Below are positions 45,770-56,458 of a stretch of 64,000 bases of DNA, piece by piece. Location: the NCBI GenBank assembly GCA_050084515.1, contig CM114271.1, positions 49,042,001-49,106,000 on the forward strand, in the 5' to 3' direction. Every line of letters begins with the position of its first letter. Position 1 is the stretch's first letter. Both the position numbers and the translations under genes were made by a program. The DNA is from Blasia pusilla (Eukaryota). Below the pieces are notes generated by a model, which saw only the letters and a list, made by a program, of their open reading frames with translations, did no database searches and had not been told where the DNA came from.

Positions 45770-46600
45770 GGCAAGAGTGCGAGTACAACAGTACATGTAT
45801 GCGGAGAGTGATGATGTTGCGAGGCGTGTCTCACTATGACATGTGGCACTGTTATGCCTACGTTTTCCCGACTTATTTTGTGTGTTCGCTGTACAGGGGT
45901 ACCAGAGTTCCCTACCAAGGGATATTTTGTTGTTGGGGGCGTAGGACTTAGAGCGGGTAGGGACCATTGATTTGGTCATTGCCGATTAGCCATGGTAGGG
46001 CCAATCGAGTGTTGGACGAGGCAGCGGGTTGGTTGACACTCGATCCCGGTTGTTTTGGAAGATGTTGAGGGTCTTATGGCAGTTGTAGGAGCATCAATCT
46101 CTCATCAGGTGCGTGCCTCAATCGGCCCAGTAGTGTTCTTGGATGCGGCGAGTGTAGGTTCTAGAGCCCATCGTCCGCGTCTATGGTGGACCAACTTGGT
46201 GTCCCATACGGTGTTACAGAGGGCGTATTCAAGAGTGGAGCGCCCCTCCCATATATTAGTGGATTCCATTCTGGATCTAGGTCGTCGCTCAGAGGCAGTG
46301 AGGCACGATGATTGATCACCGTTGATTGTGGTCAACAAGGTAGGCAGGCCGCGGGCAGCCTTTCCCATATTTGTGAGTTTTCCCACTTCCTATGGATACA
46401 AGGAGGCCGGTTGTTGCTTGGTTTGGGATGACCAGGTTCAAAGGTTGGTGGAGCCAAACGCCGACGAGAGAGAGCAAGCGATGGGATTTCCCACAGGAGT
46501 GACGGCAGTACCGTCAGTATCAGAGGCATCACGACGTCATGTCTTGGGTCAGGCGATGAACCTGAATTGCTTCACATGGATCTTCAGCTTGGGAGTGGCT
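45770..46600 (+). pseudogene. DNMT3-like C5 cytosine methyltransferase domain within family A pol
   Basis: Motif II YMYAESDDVAR; motif IV IDLVIAD*PW*GQSSVGRGSGLVDTRSRLFW (45966-46038, decayed GWPCQG); motif VIII LDAASVGSRAHRPRLWWTNL; motifs IX-X EREQAMGFPTGVT...SEASRRHVLGQAM. Motif I was lost at the inversion break and motif VI (ENV) is apparently deleted. Confidence 0.88.
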
Positions 46601-46949
46601 GAGCAACGTCGGATGATATCACGACAGATCAGAGCGGTTACGTTGGTGAGCCCCATGCCTACCGAGATGGTGGAGGCAATGGCTCGGGGCGAGATCCGAG
46701 GAGATCGACACACCATGGGAGATCGGGAGAGACACCCTTGGACTTCTTGGGATGTTTTGCAAGTATGCTAGGAGATGATAGCCACAACATTGAGCGTGGT
46801 TCCAGGCACTGCATGTGGAGGAGATCAGAGTTTGCAGTTGGCTGCAAGAGAGCGGTCGAGTGTTGTTGTTCGAGACGGGGTTGCACCATAGCAACCACCG
46901 ATACCCGCGGCGGAGAGTCTTACCGTAGTCACGATGGAGACTTGGGAGC

Positions 46950-49900
46950 CAGATATAGGCCCTATGTTGACAAGAGGAGAGCGGCACCGAATACATCAAT
47001 TCCTCAGGAGTTATAAGAGCCGCTTTGCGTTTAGCATGGAGGATTTGGGTACGCTGAAGGGACCAAGGATCCGCATTGAGTTATCAAGTGATATGCCAAT
47101 CTTTTGACGACCCTAGAGGTACAGTGATATGGAGAGGGCTCTGATTCAGAGTAGGAGCCAGGACTTGGTTGGAGCAGGACTAGTGGAGATGCCGCATGGG
47201 GAGTATGCATCTACTACTGTCATGCCCGCCAAGAAGGATGTGCATGGGAGTTGGACGGATAGGCGGATGTGTGGGGATTACTGACCTATCAATCGGCAGA
47301 CAAAGCCCGATAGGTATGCCATGCCCACCCTGAGGAGATCTTTGATACGATTGGTCACGCAAAGGTCTTCAATTCATTGGATTTCCGCACCGGATACCAT
47401 CAGTTGCCTATCAGATTTGAGGACAGGGAGGAGACGGCATTTAGGGGCATCGATCCTCACGGGAAGGATTGTTTGTACTAGTGGCGGTTCTTACCATTTG
47501 GGTTAAAGAATGCCCCGGCTGAGTTTCAGAGGGTCATGGATAGGATCTTGGCCAGTCTGGATTTTGTTAGGTATTATATTGATGACATCGTAGTCTTTAG
47601 CGCCACGGTTGAGGAGCATGAGCGACATCTAGAGGAGGTGTTTTGACGATTGCAATTACATGGAGTGAAGCTACATCCTGGCAAGTGCAAGTTCTTCTAC
47701 GACCAGATTGAGTATTTGGGTCATACAATATACCCAGGGGGCCTTGGTGTTCAGCAGACAAAGGTAGAGGCTATCTCACGCATTCCACGCCCTACAAATG
47801 TGAGCCGTGTTCGTGCATTCATGGGATTGGCAAACTTCTATCGGCGGTACGTCAAGGGATTCAGTTTGATTGCAAAGCCGCTAACCTTGCTGACCAAGGT
47901 GGATCACGAGTGGCACTTGGGGGATGAGCAGGAGCGAGCATTTCAGTTGCTCACGGAAAGGTTGACGTCTACGCCCATCTTGAGGAGACTGATCACGGGG
48001 CGTCCTTTCCAGTTGCATACAGATTGGAGCATGTTGGGGCTTGGAGCGGTGCTCACCCAACATGATGATGAGGGTAGAGAGTTCGTGGTGGCTTACGCTA
48101 GCAGCTCGAACAATGCTCCATAGGCAAAGTACATCTTGTATGAGGATGAGTGGTTGGCTGCAGTGTGGGCTGTCGCGCATTTCAGGTGTTACTTATTCGG
48201 AAACCCCTTTACCATCATCACTGATTATCAACCATTGAAGTGGTCGATGGAGTCCGACAAGCTTATAGGGAAGCTTGTGAGATGGGCTTTGTTGTTGCAG
48301 GAGTATGATTTTCAGGTGGTACATAGACCTGGGACGCTCAACGAGGATGCAGATGGGTTGAGTCGTAACCCATGCTCAAGTCAGCGAGATGCGACTAGAG
48401 CTCGATGGCATGGAGAGAGTGATGAGGAGTCATTGCCACGATGGCACGCGTCAGCCTATTTAGGCATGTTGGCTATGGAGAGCCATGGTGTGGAGACTTC
48501 TATGGCGAGGTCTAGTGGAGAGTCCTTGGATCCCGAGGCCAGTGAGGAGACGACAGGTGGCCGAGATATTCATGATGATGGATTAGTCTTGGAGTACCTT
48601 CGTACTGGCAGCGTAGCGAGCACCGTGGGTGCTAGAGAGCGGGATCGGATCCTACAGCGGGCCAGACGATTCCGTTGGGAGGGGACATATGTTTTGAGGG
48701 TTTGGGAGGATGGTAGAGTACGCGTTGTGTCATATCCTTTGTAGAGAGCATGACTAGTGCAGCATGCCCACGAGGAGTTGGGTCACTTTGGGATGAAGCG
48801 GATGTATAGCTTGCTCTAGATTCAGTATTGGTGGCGAGGCATGCAGACTGACGTTCAACAGTTTGTTGCCATATGCATGGTGTGTGATCGGGTCCGAGCA
48901 TCGTTCAATGCTCTGACTCCAGAGTTGCATCCATTACCGATCATGGGCTTAGGGTATAGATGGAGTTTGGATTTTGTAGGACCTTTGCCTTTGACAGAGT
49001 GTCATAGTTGTTATGTGTTGGTGATGGTGATGGTCGAGCACTTCTCAAAGTGGATCGAGTTGGTTGCATTTGTCGTGCGCATACACATCGCTACACAACA
49101 TACATCGCTATCATCAAACACGCACAATCCTATGCTAGCTCATGGCATCCATACACAAAGGCGAGAAGTACCAAAATATCTCCAATCGCCTCCCAAACTG
49201 CGATGACGATGGCAGCGCAAGTCAGAGAATCAACGGTGGTCGTGGAAGACCCTCCACTTCGTAATGGCGGCAATGGCAACCAAAGGGTGGACAACCGTTG
49301 AATGGGGCTCTGAGCAGAGTTGGGCGACGGCAACGGCCGATGGTGGACAGTGGACGGTTGACGGTTGACCATTGATGTTGACGAAGGACCATTGATGGTG
49401 ACGGTGATGGTTGACCATCGATGGTGATGGTTGACCATTGACAAGTGACGGTCACTATGACGACGACGGCCGCCGCCTGGGTGGCGTTTGGTTTAGGATT
49501 TGAACAATTTAACCTTAAAAATTGCCTAGCAATGGCAGTTTTGCAAGATTGATCATAACTTTTTATTTGCAACTCTAAATTGCGCATCCGGTTGTTGCAC
49601 AACGTGCACAGATTCACAATCTACGATAATGTTAAAAAATATTTGGAATTGGACATTCGAGTAAAAACTCACGGGGACTGTCGTAAAGCCTAATGTCTCT
49701 TTCTCCTACACAAAATTTGGCAGCGCGTCCGCGCTGGTTTTCTCCCAACGAAAATGTAAAACCTATAAAAATACAAATCAGCAAGCTACATGGTGCTCCC
49801 AAGAGCACCGGCATGGGGCAACCTGCCCCCATAATCAATCCCTATCAGAAATTGGGCAGCGCTTCCGCGCGCCACTCTTCCACACAAAAAATTGGCTAAT

Positions 49901-51499
49901 ACAAAGAACAATCAAAGCATCCCTTGCTCCGGTGAGCAATCCCATGAGCCACCGAACGGGGAACACGATCCCCAACCTGCAAAAACAGCGAGTGACGAGC
50001 GAGCTCCCCCATGAAGCTCTCTCACTCTCTCATTCTCTCTTTGTAAAATAAGATCCAATCTCTCTCTACACCATCTCACACCATAGCTCTCAAAGGTGTG
50101 CACTCTCTCTCATGTCAAACCAAACCCACTCTCCTAATGAGAGGCTTGGGTTACACTCACAAGGCAAGGGACCATGGCTCCGCCGCCTCATGCCAAGAGA
50201 TTCAACAAAGAGAGAATGAGCTCTCAAGCTCTCTGTCCTTGAGGTATACCCCTTCCCTCTCCCAAGCTCTCTCCATGGTAACCTATGCTCCCAAGTCACC
50301 TCCTTGGCTCTTGACCTGATGTAGGAGGTCAAAGGCCACTTATCAAAAAAAGAAAGTCGATCACATACTCAAAATGGTACTTACCTAAAATAGTAAGTTT
50401 CTCAATATGGCTCCAAATGAGCCGAAACGAAGGGAAAACCTGCTCTCTCAGGTTTCCCCTCAAGAGGTCATTCTTGACCTCTAGGGCATGTCCTCCAATG
50501 CTCGTGAAGACGCTATGCTAGATCCCACCAATCTATCCTAACAATCGTGACACATTGCGTGACAAAGCGAGTGAGGGAGTAGCGTATGCCTTCCTAGATT
50601 GATTGCTGAGTCATTACGGCGCACCGGCTGAGGTGTTGACAGACCAGGGTACCAAGTTTCGTGGTGAGTTCCAGGCCTTGTGTGATCAGGCGCTGATCGA
50701 CCACCGCACGACTTCGCGAGATTATCCCGAGGCGGATGGATTAGCGGAGAGAGTTGTGCAGATGGTGAAGAGGGATTTACGCAAGTATGGCTTGTAGAGA
50801 GGTCACCTAGGAGATTGGGACCTCCTGTTGCCGTGGTTGGCGATGGGATACACATTCAGCAGGCATGCATCCTTAGCGTCCTTTTCACCGTACTTGCTAC
50901 TTTATGGCCGAGAGCCAGATTTACCTACGGTCATTCGTCGAGATGTTGGTGAGGTGCTGAACCTTGATGACCCAGATGTATGGATGCGAGCATGTTCTTA
51001 GAGGGCTGAGTTGTTTCGGAGAGTGATATCCATGGCGTTCGAGAACTTGGCGATTGCGCAACATTGGGTTACGTTGAGGTTTGCGACTATTCGGGATAGT
51101 GGTTATCGACCAACTATCTGAAGGTTTCATCCGGGAGATTATGTCTACTTGCAGCAGACGGCACTGACAACATTGGATGTGACTACAGGGCGCACTATCC
51201 TAAGAGTGTGTGACATTTTGCCATCCGGTGTTCTCTTACTCGAGGGACGCGATGGTATGGTATGGAAGGACCATGTCCGTAATTGTCCGCCATGTCACCT
51301 TCCTCATATTGATGGTATAGTTGATCCGAGCTTAGCAATAGTTTCTGCAGGCTTGCAGTGTATGTTGTGTGGTTCCGCCCGTGATGCAGCCACTATGCTA
51401 GTCTGTGATGGGTGTTCGAGAGGATGGCATATGGCATGTTTGACGCCACCTCTCATTAAGGTTCCTCACGGACGATGGATGTGTTCCAGATGTACATAG
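46950..51499 (+). pseudogene. RT, RNase H, integrase and C-terminal PHD finger of family A
   Basis: LPFGLKNAP, YIDD (47575-47586), FQLHTDWSMLGLGAVL, H..LGHFG..CMVC, WSLDF, LTDQGTKF..ADGLAER; PHD CMLC..MLVCDGCSRGWHMACLTPPL..VPHGRWMCSRC* at 51359-51499. Confidence 0.95.
49071..50552 (-). mobile_element. Solo LTR-like copy of family A inserted antisense into its own family's integrase
   Basis: TG...CA ends and 4-bp TSD CATT (49067-49070, 50553-50556). Removing it restores ELVALRDKASEGVAYAFL. Confidence 0.92.
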
Positions 51500-51879
51500 A
51501 GTAGGTAGTTCTACATTCCAACTTGTGTCTGTGATATGGATGACAAGAAGGCAACTAACGATGGGGCCACATGAATACCCAGCCTTCTTGCTCTTAGCGT
51601 CCAAGAGATGTATGTCATGGTAGGTAGGGATAGATGGCTATGTGGAGTTAGAGGGATCTAACCACCAGCTAGGGGGACGATTGGAGTGTTGCACAACAAC
51701 ACAAGTACACATGCATCCAGAAGTTGAAGATGTCGTCGGACTCAGGTCGAGTTAGGAAATTTTGGTACTTCTTGTCTCCTTGTTTGGATGCCATGAGTTA
51801 GCATGGGATCGTGCGTGTTTGTGTGTGTGTTCGGTGACAGTGATATATGTTGTGTAGCGATGTGTATGCGCACGATAAC

Positions 51880-52507
51880 TGTCACGTCTCTTAGGATAGA
51901 TCGGTGAGATCTAGTAGAGCGCCTTCGTGAGTAGCGGAGGACAGGCTTAGTACGTCAAGCATGACCTGTTGAGGCCTCGGAAAACTTGAGCTTCGTTTCG
52001 GCTCATTTGGAGCCATATTGAGAAACTTACTATTTTAGGTAAGTACCATTTTGAGTATGTGATCAACTTTCTATTTTTGGTAAGTGGCCCTTGACTTCCT
52101 ACATCAGGTCAAGAGCCAAGGAGATGACTTGGGAGCATAGGTTACCATGGAGAGAGCTTGGGAGAGGGGAGGGGTATGCCTCAAGGAGAGAGAGCTTGAG
52201 AGCTCATTCTCTCTTTGTTGAACCTCTTGGCATGAGGCGGCGGAGCTATGGTCCCTTGCCTTGTAAGTGTAACCCAAGCCTCTCATTAGGAGAGTGGGTT
52301 TGGTTTGACATGAGAGAGAGTGCACACCTTTGAGAGCTATGGTGGGAGATGGTGTAGAGAGATTGGATCTTACTTTTAGATTGGAGATATTTTGGTACTT
52401 CTTGTCTCGTTATTTGGATGCCATGAGTTAGCATGGGATCATGCGTGTTTGTGTGTGTGTTCGATGAGAGTGATGTATGTTATGTAACGATGTATATGTG
52501 CACGACA
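51880..52507 (+). repeat. 3' terminal repeat of family A (internally shorter than the solo copy)
   Basis: 51880-52375 matches 40025-40535; 52378-52507 matches the end of the solo copy and 51757-51877. Confidence 0.85.
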
Positions 52508-53275
52508 AAATCGCTACACTCAATATGAGGGATAAATTGTTGAAATACTCAACACATGTGTTGGATTTAATGCATTTGTTGGATTTAGTGCGGGTTTGGG
52601 ATGAATCGCTATATTAGTTAATCAAAATTTTCACTTCATCATCAGAGAGACAAAGAGAGAGAGGGGCGCCTCGGATCAACTGTGAGATTTCATGGATCAA
52701 ACCAAAGAGGAAAAAAGGGAAAATCGCACATCAATATTCAACATCCAAGTAAATTGGTGGTAAAAAAATCACTTCGAGCGTCGTTTTCAGCTCCAATGTC
52801 CCTCCAACCACACCTCCAATTCACACACCTCCACCTTGCAGTTTCGACTTCTTTGACTCCAATTCTGATCCCAAATTAGCTACCGGAGGAGTCTGAATTA
52901 TACCAAAATTACTTCACGGACTATCACACACCTGTGTGTGGATACAAGACCTCAGTAATTCACATAATGACACATGGAACACAAAAAATTATGTGTGGTT
53001 GTGATGTCCCATCAAGACGCCAATGAAAATACTACAAGTATTCGCTACATAAGATCGCACATTTGAAAAGGGGTGTCAAAATGTTCTTATGTTTTTGAAA
53101 ATAAGAGAACTTCACTTCTTATAGAAGAGACTGATCAATTTCCTTTCCACAAATAGTAAACCCCCCATGTCTTAGTAATAGTATAGATACATGGGTATAA
53201 TAATATCCTAATAATACTATTTTTTTTTCCAAATATTAGAAACATCTTATAGAAGACACCTCGGAAGAGATATTA

Positions 53276-53638
53276 GGGGTGTCGAAGATCACGTGGGATA
53301 GAATCGGCCGAGTGAGGGTGTTAGGCCCGGGACTAGCCCTATTTTATTCCGGAAGAAGAAATAAAAATGCACTTTGATAAAAACGTGTGATGGAAAACCC
53401 ATCGGAAGTACAAAAGAGGGGGACTCAAATAGTCAAAACCTAAAGGCCACAACAAGACCAGAAAAGGAAGAAGAGGGGGTGGCAAGTTTGAAGCTGCATA
53501 CCTTCGTATTTATGACCAGGACGTGCAAGGAGACAGGAAGAGCTATGAATTATGAGTTTCCCGGGATCCCGAGCTAGGAATTCTGGGCCCATTCCGGGTG
53601 TCAAAGATCCCCTTATCCGGGAGATCTTTGACACCCCC
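53276..53638. mobile_element. MITE upstream of CURT1A
   Basis: TIRs GGGGTGTCGAAGATC / GATCTTTGACACCCC, flanked by TATTA on both sides (53271-53275, 53639-53643). Confidence 0.6.
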
Positions 53639-53781
53639 TATTAACACGAATTTTCCCCGGTGCTAATCGGCCGGTAGCGTCCGAAAACAATCTGCCCAGT
53701 CGCTAGCCAGAGAACTCCTTGTCCACGCAGATGGCAAAGGGTGAGATTACATGGTGGACCTATGGAAGTCATCGTTCTGTC

Positions 53782-53787
53782 CACGTG
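53782..53787 (+). promoter_or_regulatory. G-box (CACGTG) upstream of CURT1A
   Basis: ccACGTGtca about 350 nt before the ATG. Motif match only. Confidence 0.35.
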
Positions 53788-54131
53788 TCAGGATTTTCGC
53801 CAGGTCAGACTTGTTGTTGTTACCAGCACACCCTGTACCTCTTCCATTAAAGTTCCGGTTCTTCCCGTGAAAAGGAAAGAGGAAAATGTTATCCTTTCGG
53901 CTGGTGCTGCCGCTTCCTCTCTGGTCCGCGAATCGCTCTCCTCGAGATCTATCGATTGCGGTTGCATTTTGAAATTGTGAGGTCGTGGGGTCAGCGAAGG
54001 GTTCGAGGTGTTGAGGGAGCACATCTGGGTGTCTTGCCAGTAGTGAGAAGGAAGTGGAAGAGCGGCGGAGGCTGTGGAAGTTGAAGGTGTGAGTGATCCC
54101 TCTCGATCAAGAGTTCCTAGAGGTTCGAGAG

Positions 54132-55846
54132 ATGGCGTGCGTTGCGGCAGTGGCGGGAGCGTCGGCGGTGACAAGTGCAGCAGTGAGCTGTGCGTCTGTA
54201 TCGCGCAGCACCTCCAGCTGCTCTCCTTCCTTCAACGCTTTGGTTTGCAAGCGAAGCGTCACTGGAGGAGCCCTCAGGAGCAGCAATGCACGAAGGACAG
54301 GTTGGATTTCTCAGAATCTATGCCCTCCTATTTCCTTTCGACTTCAACTTGTATGTGTACTGCTACACTTCGCAGCAAGTTTCCTTGCAAGCTCTGCCAA
54401 TTACAAGATATGCTGGATTGGATTCCTGGTAGCAATTATTGCTAACGCAATGTTGGCACGGCGTCAGCGTTTATTGTGATTTCTTGCACGCCAGTTTTAT
54501 GCTTTCGTTTTTGTTAGTTTCATCCCGGTCGAAGTTCCGAGCAATTTAAATCAAATTAAGATTTGCGCAAGGTAGGTGGGTCTCCGTGTCTTGATCCCAC
54601 AGCCTTGGAAGTAGTGTGAACGACTCAGTCAGATGTCGTCCAATTTGGGCTAGCCAAATAATTAGAGAAAAGAGAATCTAGGTTGGGTACTCGTGGTGCC
54701 TTTGGGTTCCTTGAAAAAAGTTGGCATCCACAGTGGTGCATGCAGCTTTGCAAGGTAATGGTGACGTTTAACGTTCCTCTGTAGCAGAAACTAGTGAGGA
54801 TCTCGTATGATTAGTCAGTCAAGCTTGGCCTCAATATCTCCCTATCTCAATGGTGCCCCTGACGAGAAGTTAACCTAATTGACATTAGAGGCGGTCTAAG
54901 AAGTGATTTCGTTTTATCGTCGCAGGAGTCTTCAGGTTCCACCCCCTCGTTGTGAGGGCCACATCATCAGACGACACTTCTTCCGAGGCCTCCAAGCAAC
55001 TGGACGACCTTGTCAGTGATCTTAAGGCCAAGGTACTCGGTCTAATCTACGATCTTCCGAGGTGCTACCCAGAGACACGACTGACATTTATCACTTGTTT
55101 CTAGAAATTAGTATGCTGTCTGTGTTGTTGTGGGGTTCTCTACCTTCCGTTTAAGAATAGTTGGTTTCCTGATGTGCAGTGGGATGCTGTCGAGAACAAG
55201 TCGACCGTTGCTGTGTATGGTGGTGGAGCTTTGGTAGCCCTATGGTTGTCGTCAACTATCGTCGGTGCCATTAACTCTGTCCCATTGGTGAGAGTCCTGC
55301 TCCAAATCTCTGCTATACGATTGCCGTTATTCTGAAAGCCTAGTGCAGACGTTCTTTGTGGCTCAAATTTGATGTCCCCAGTTCCCTGGACCCTGCAGAA
55401 TATGGTTTGAATTCTATTTCTAGAGTTTACAAATTGTCTGTCAATTTGATTGTTGCAGCTCCCAAAACTCATGGAGCTTATCGGACTCGGATACGCCGGT
55501 TGGTTCGTGTACCGGTACCTGCTATTCAAGGTGAGATATCGTCTGTCACAATGGTGCACAATTGGCCAACGTGTTCAATCTCTTCTGCTTAGATTTGAGA
55601 TTTGATGGGAGTAAAACTATATTCGTTATTACCAATCTCTCCGGTCATCTCCGCCGGATGGAATGTTGGAACTTTTGTACCTGCATATCCCGATTGCCGT
55701 TGTGTACTGCCATTTAATTGGAAGACGAGATTCTAACTTGGATTCGTTGGCTTCAGTCAAGCCGCAAGGAGCTCCTCGAAGACATTGAGGAGTTGAAGGG
55801 AAAGATCACTGGTGCCACCAAGCAGGTAACTGGTAAGGAGGAATAA
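54132..55846 (+). CDS. CURT1A: CURVATURE THYLAKOID 1A-like protein (CAAD domain), 181 aa; exons 54132-54300, 54926-55032, 55180-55287, 55459-55530, 55757-55846
   Basis: Ala/Ser-rich transit peptide, then VVRATSSDD...DLKAK|WDAVENKSTVAVYGGGALVALWLSSTIVGAINSVPL|LPKLMELIGLGYAGWFVYRYLLFK|SSRKELLEDIEELKGKITG...*. All introns are GT-AG and the exons sum to 546 nt in frame. Confidence 0.95.
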
Positions 55847-56458
55847 GAAATAGCTTGACCAGTTTGGATGGTCGAGAACGGCTATCTGTGTATTTTGTAC
55901 GCTTCGCAGACCTTTGTCAAAATGGAGAATATTTGTGTAGAGGAGTCGCAGTAGTGGCTTCCAGAGTGGTAGGAGTGTCCAAATCCCTAGCCTCGGATTT
56001 GAGGTTTGTGGCAAGTGAAGACAATCATCTTTCCTAGAATGGTCTTTTAACCAGGCTATGCTCCAGATTTGTTGTGGGTTCGCCAAAAGGTGGATGGATT
56101 AGGGAACTCTGTTTTCCTTGTACTTTAATCAGTGTAATACAACTCGCTTGCGGTTATTCTCCAAATCACGGGTCTACAATCGTACCACCATTTTCTCTAC
56201 GATGCGTGAGTAGCATGCTTAGAGTTAATGAGGTTAAGACCTCACAACGTTTCTGATTTGGAGTTCTCGAGTTGCACGCAGACATTTTCAGGAAGAATTT
56301 GTGAATAAAGTAGATGCATGAATTAATGGTTTGGTCGACAATCGGCATTTAAATATACAACTACTGTTGTAAATAAAGAAAAAACTTTTATCTACTTTGT
56401 TATTATATTCATCTGTTTGTACAAAATTAAGTATTCATGAATGCTATCATATTTTTTA

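Larger units (their letters stand above)
40025..52507 (+). mobile_element. Ty3/gypsy LTR retrotransposon (family A) encoding gag-PR-DNMT-RT-RH-INT-PHD; rearranged and pseudogenised
   Basis: Ends TGTCACG...CACGACA, flanks gaatc/aaatc (imperfect TSD). 40025-40535 repeats at 51880-52375. Domains are listed separately below. Confidence 0.92.

Noticed and set aside
45770-46600. A host DNMT3 gene or a bacterial restriction-modification methylase
   Set aside because: It is intronless, continuous with pol and present at the same position in two element copies. No PWWP/ADD exons or prokaryotic context.
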